Of a stretch of 64,000 nucleotides of DNA, positions 63,461-64,000 are shown piece after piece. A model generated the notes under the pieces. That model was not told the DNA's origin, searched no databases, and saw only the letters and a list, made by a program, of their open reading frames with translations. The stretch is from NCBI GenBank assembly GCA_950097015.1, contig CATNEN010000012.1:1364001-1428000 (forward strand), given 5' to 3'. Made by a program: the position numbers and the translations under genes. Positions within the stretch are counted from its first letter, which is position 1; each line of letters starts with the position of its first letter. The stretch comes from Macrostomum hystrix. Taxonomy: Eukaryota > Animalia > Platyhelminthes.

Positions 63461-63742
63461 CTAGGAGAGGGTCTCGGCCGCGGTCGCCCAAAGATCCCTG
63501 ACGGCTAGCAGAGCCCAGAGCAGGCAGAGGCGGCAGCGAAGACGCAGCCAGTCGCGCCAGTCGGCGGAGGCCCAACTGTCCGTGGCGAGTGTCCGCAGAC
63601 AGGCCTGAGTGAGCAGGGTGAAAGACAGGCCGGGCCCAAATCTCTGCCGGCCAGTGAGGCGGTGTTCGATGCCACGCAGGAGGTCGTTGGCTTTGAATAG
63701 GAGCAGCATCTGGCGTGGCACCGACTCCAGCACCTGCGTCAT
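63461..63742 (-). CDS. ADCK1: ADCK1 (aarF-domain kinase 1) terminal exon; upstream exons not found in window
   Basis: VPRQMLLLFKANDLLRGIEHRL matches the ADCK1 C-terminal motif (VPRQMLLILKTNDLLRGIE). Preceded by a cag acceptor at 63745-63743. Confidence 0.8.
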   Translation of the reverse strand: MTQVLESVPRQMLLLFKANDLLRGIEHRLTGRQRFGPGLSFTLLTQACLRTLATDSWASADWRDWLRLRCRLCLLWALLAVRDLWATAAETLS

Positions 63743-63877
63743 CTGCGGCAGGTGACGCCCGGCGTCCGATTGAATCGACTGGTGGGTAATTGGTCATAGG
63801 AGGGCTTTACATTTTGCAAGACCAAAACTACTTTTGATCAGTAGTATATCGAAGACTGAATTAAATGTACGAGCGTA

Positions 63878-64000
63878 GGTGAGAATTTGGCGACTCAAAC
63901 TACATGGGATGAGAATTTGGCGACTCAAACTACCTGGGGATGAGATTTTGGCGACTCAAACTACCTAGGGATGAGATTTTGGCGACTTAAACTACATGGG
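63878..64000. repeat. ~31-bp repeat (GAGAATTTGGCGACTCAAACTACATGGGAT), runs off the window
   Basis: Four copies visible. Confidence 0.85.

Overview
Eukaryotic (metazoan) genomic window with spliceosomal introns that are packed with intron-specific minisatellites. The style resembles a free-living flatworm such as Macrostomum, but this is inference only. Host genes read manually with GT/GC-AG phase checking: the 3' part of a Rab3 gene carrying three tandem, apparently mutually exclusive versions of one exon; a DZIP3/TTC3-like coiled-coil plus RING-H2 gene; an intronless Rab39-like gene; an RNF41-like RING gene; a 13-exon Cys-rich plus ZP-domain transmembrane gene; and the last exon of ADCK1. 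Several tRNA-derived CORE-type SINE copies are present. The main discovery is an ~11.3 kb insertion (about 16500-27836) whose ends are defined because it splits one SINE copy into two halves. It carries an intact 5-exon minus-strand gene (~1062 aa) encoding two C2H2-like zinc fingers, a tyrosine-recombinase catalytic domain and a C-terminal PWWP domain, plus twin 116-bp tandem arrays. No RT, RNase H, gag or DDE transposase is visible, so it looks like a Crypton-like DNA element with its own chromatin-reader module. Most long ORFs in the supplied track are translation artefacts of minisatellites. Repeat boundaries are approximate.
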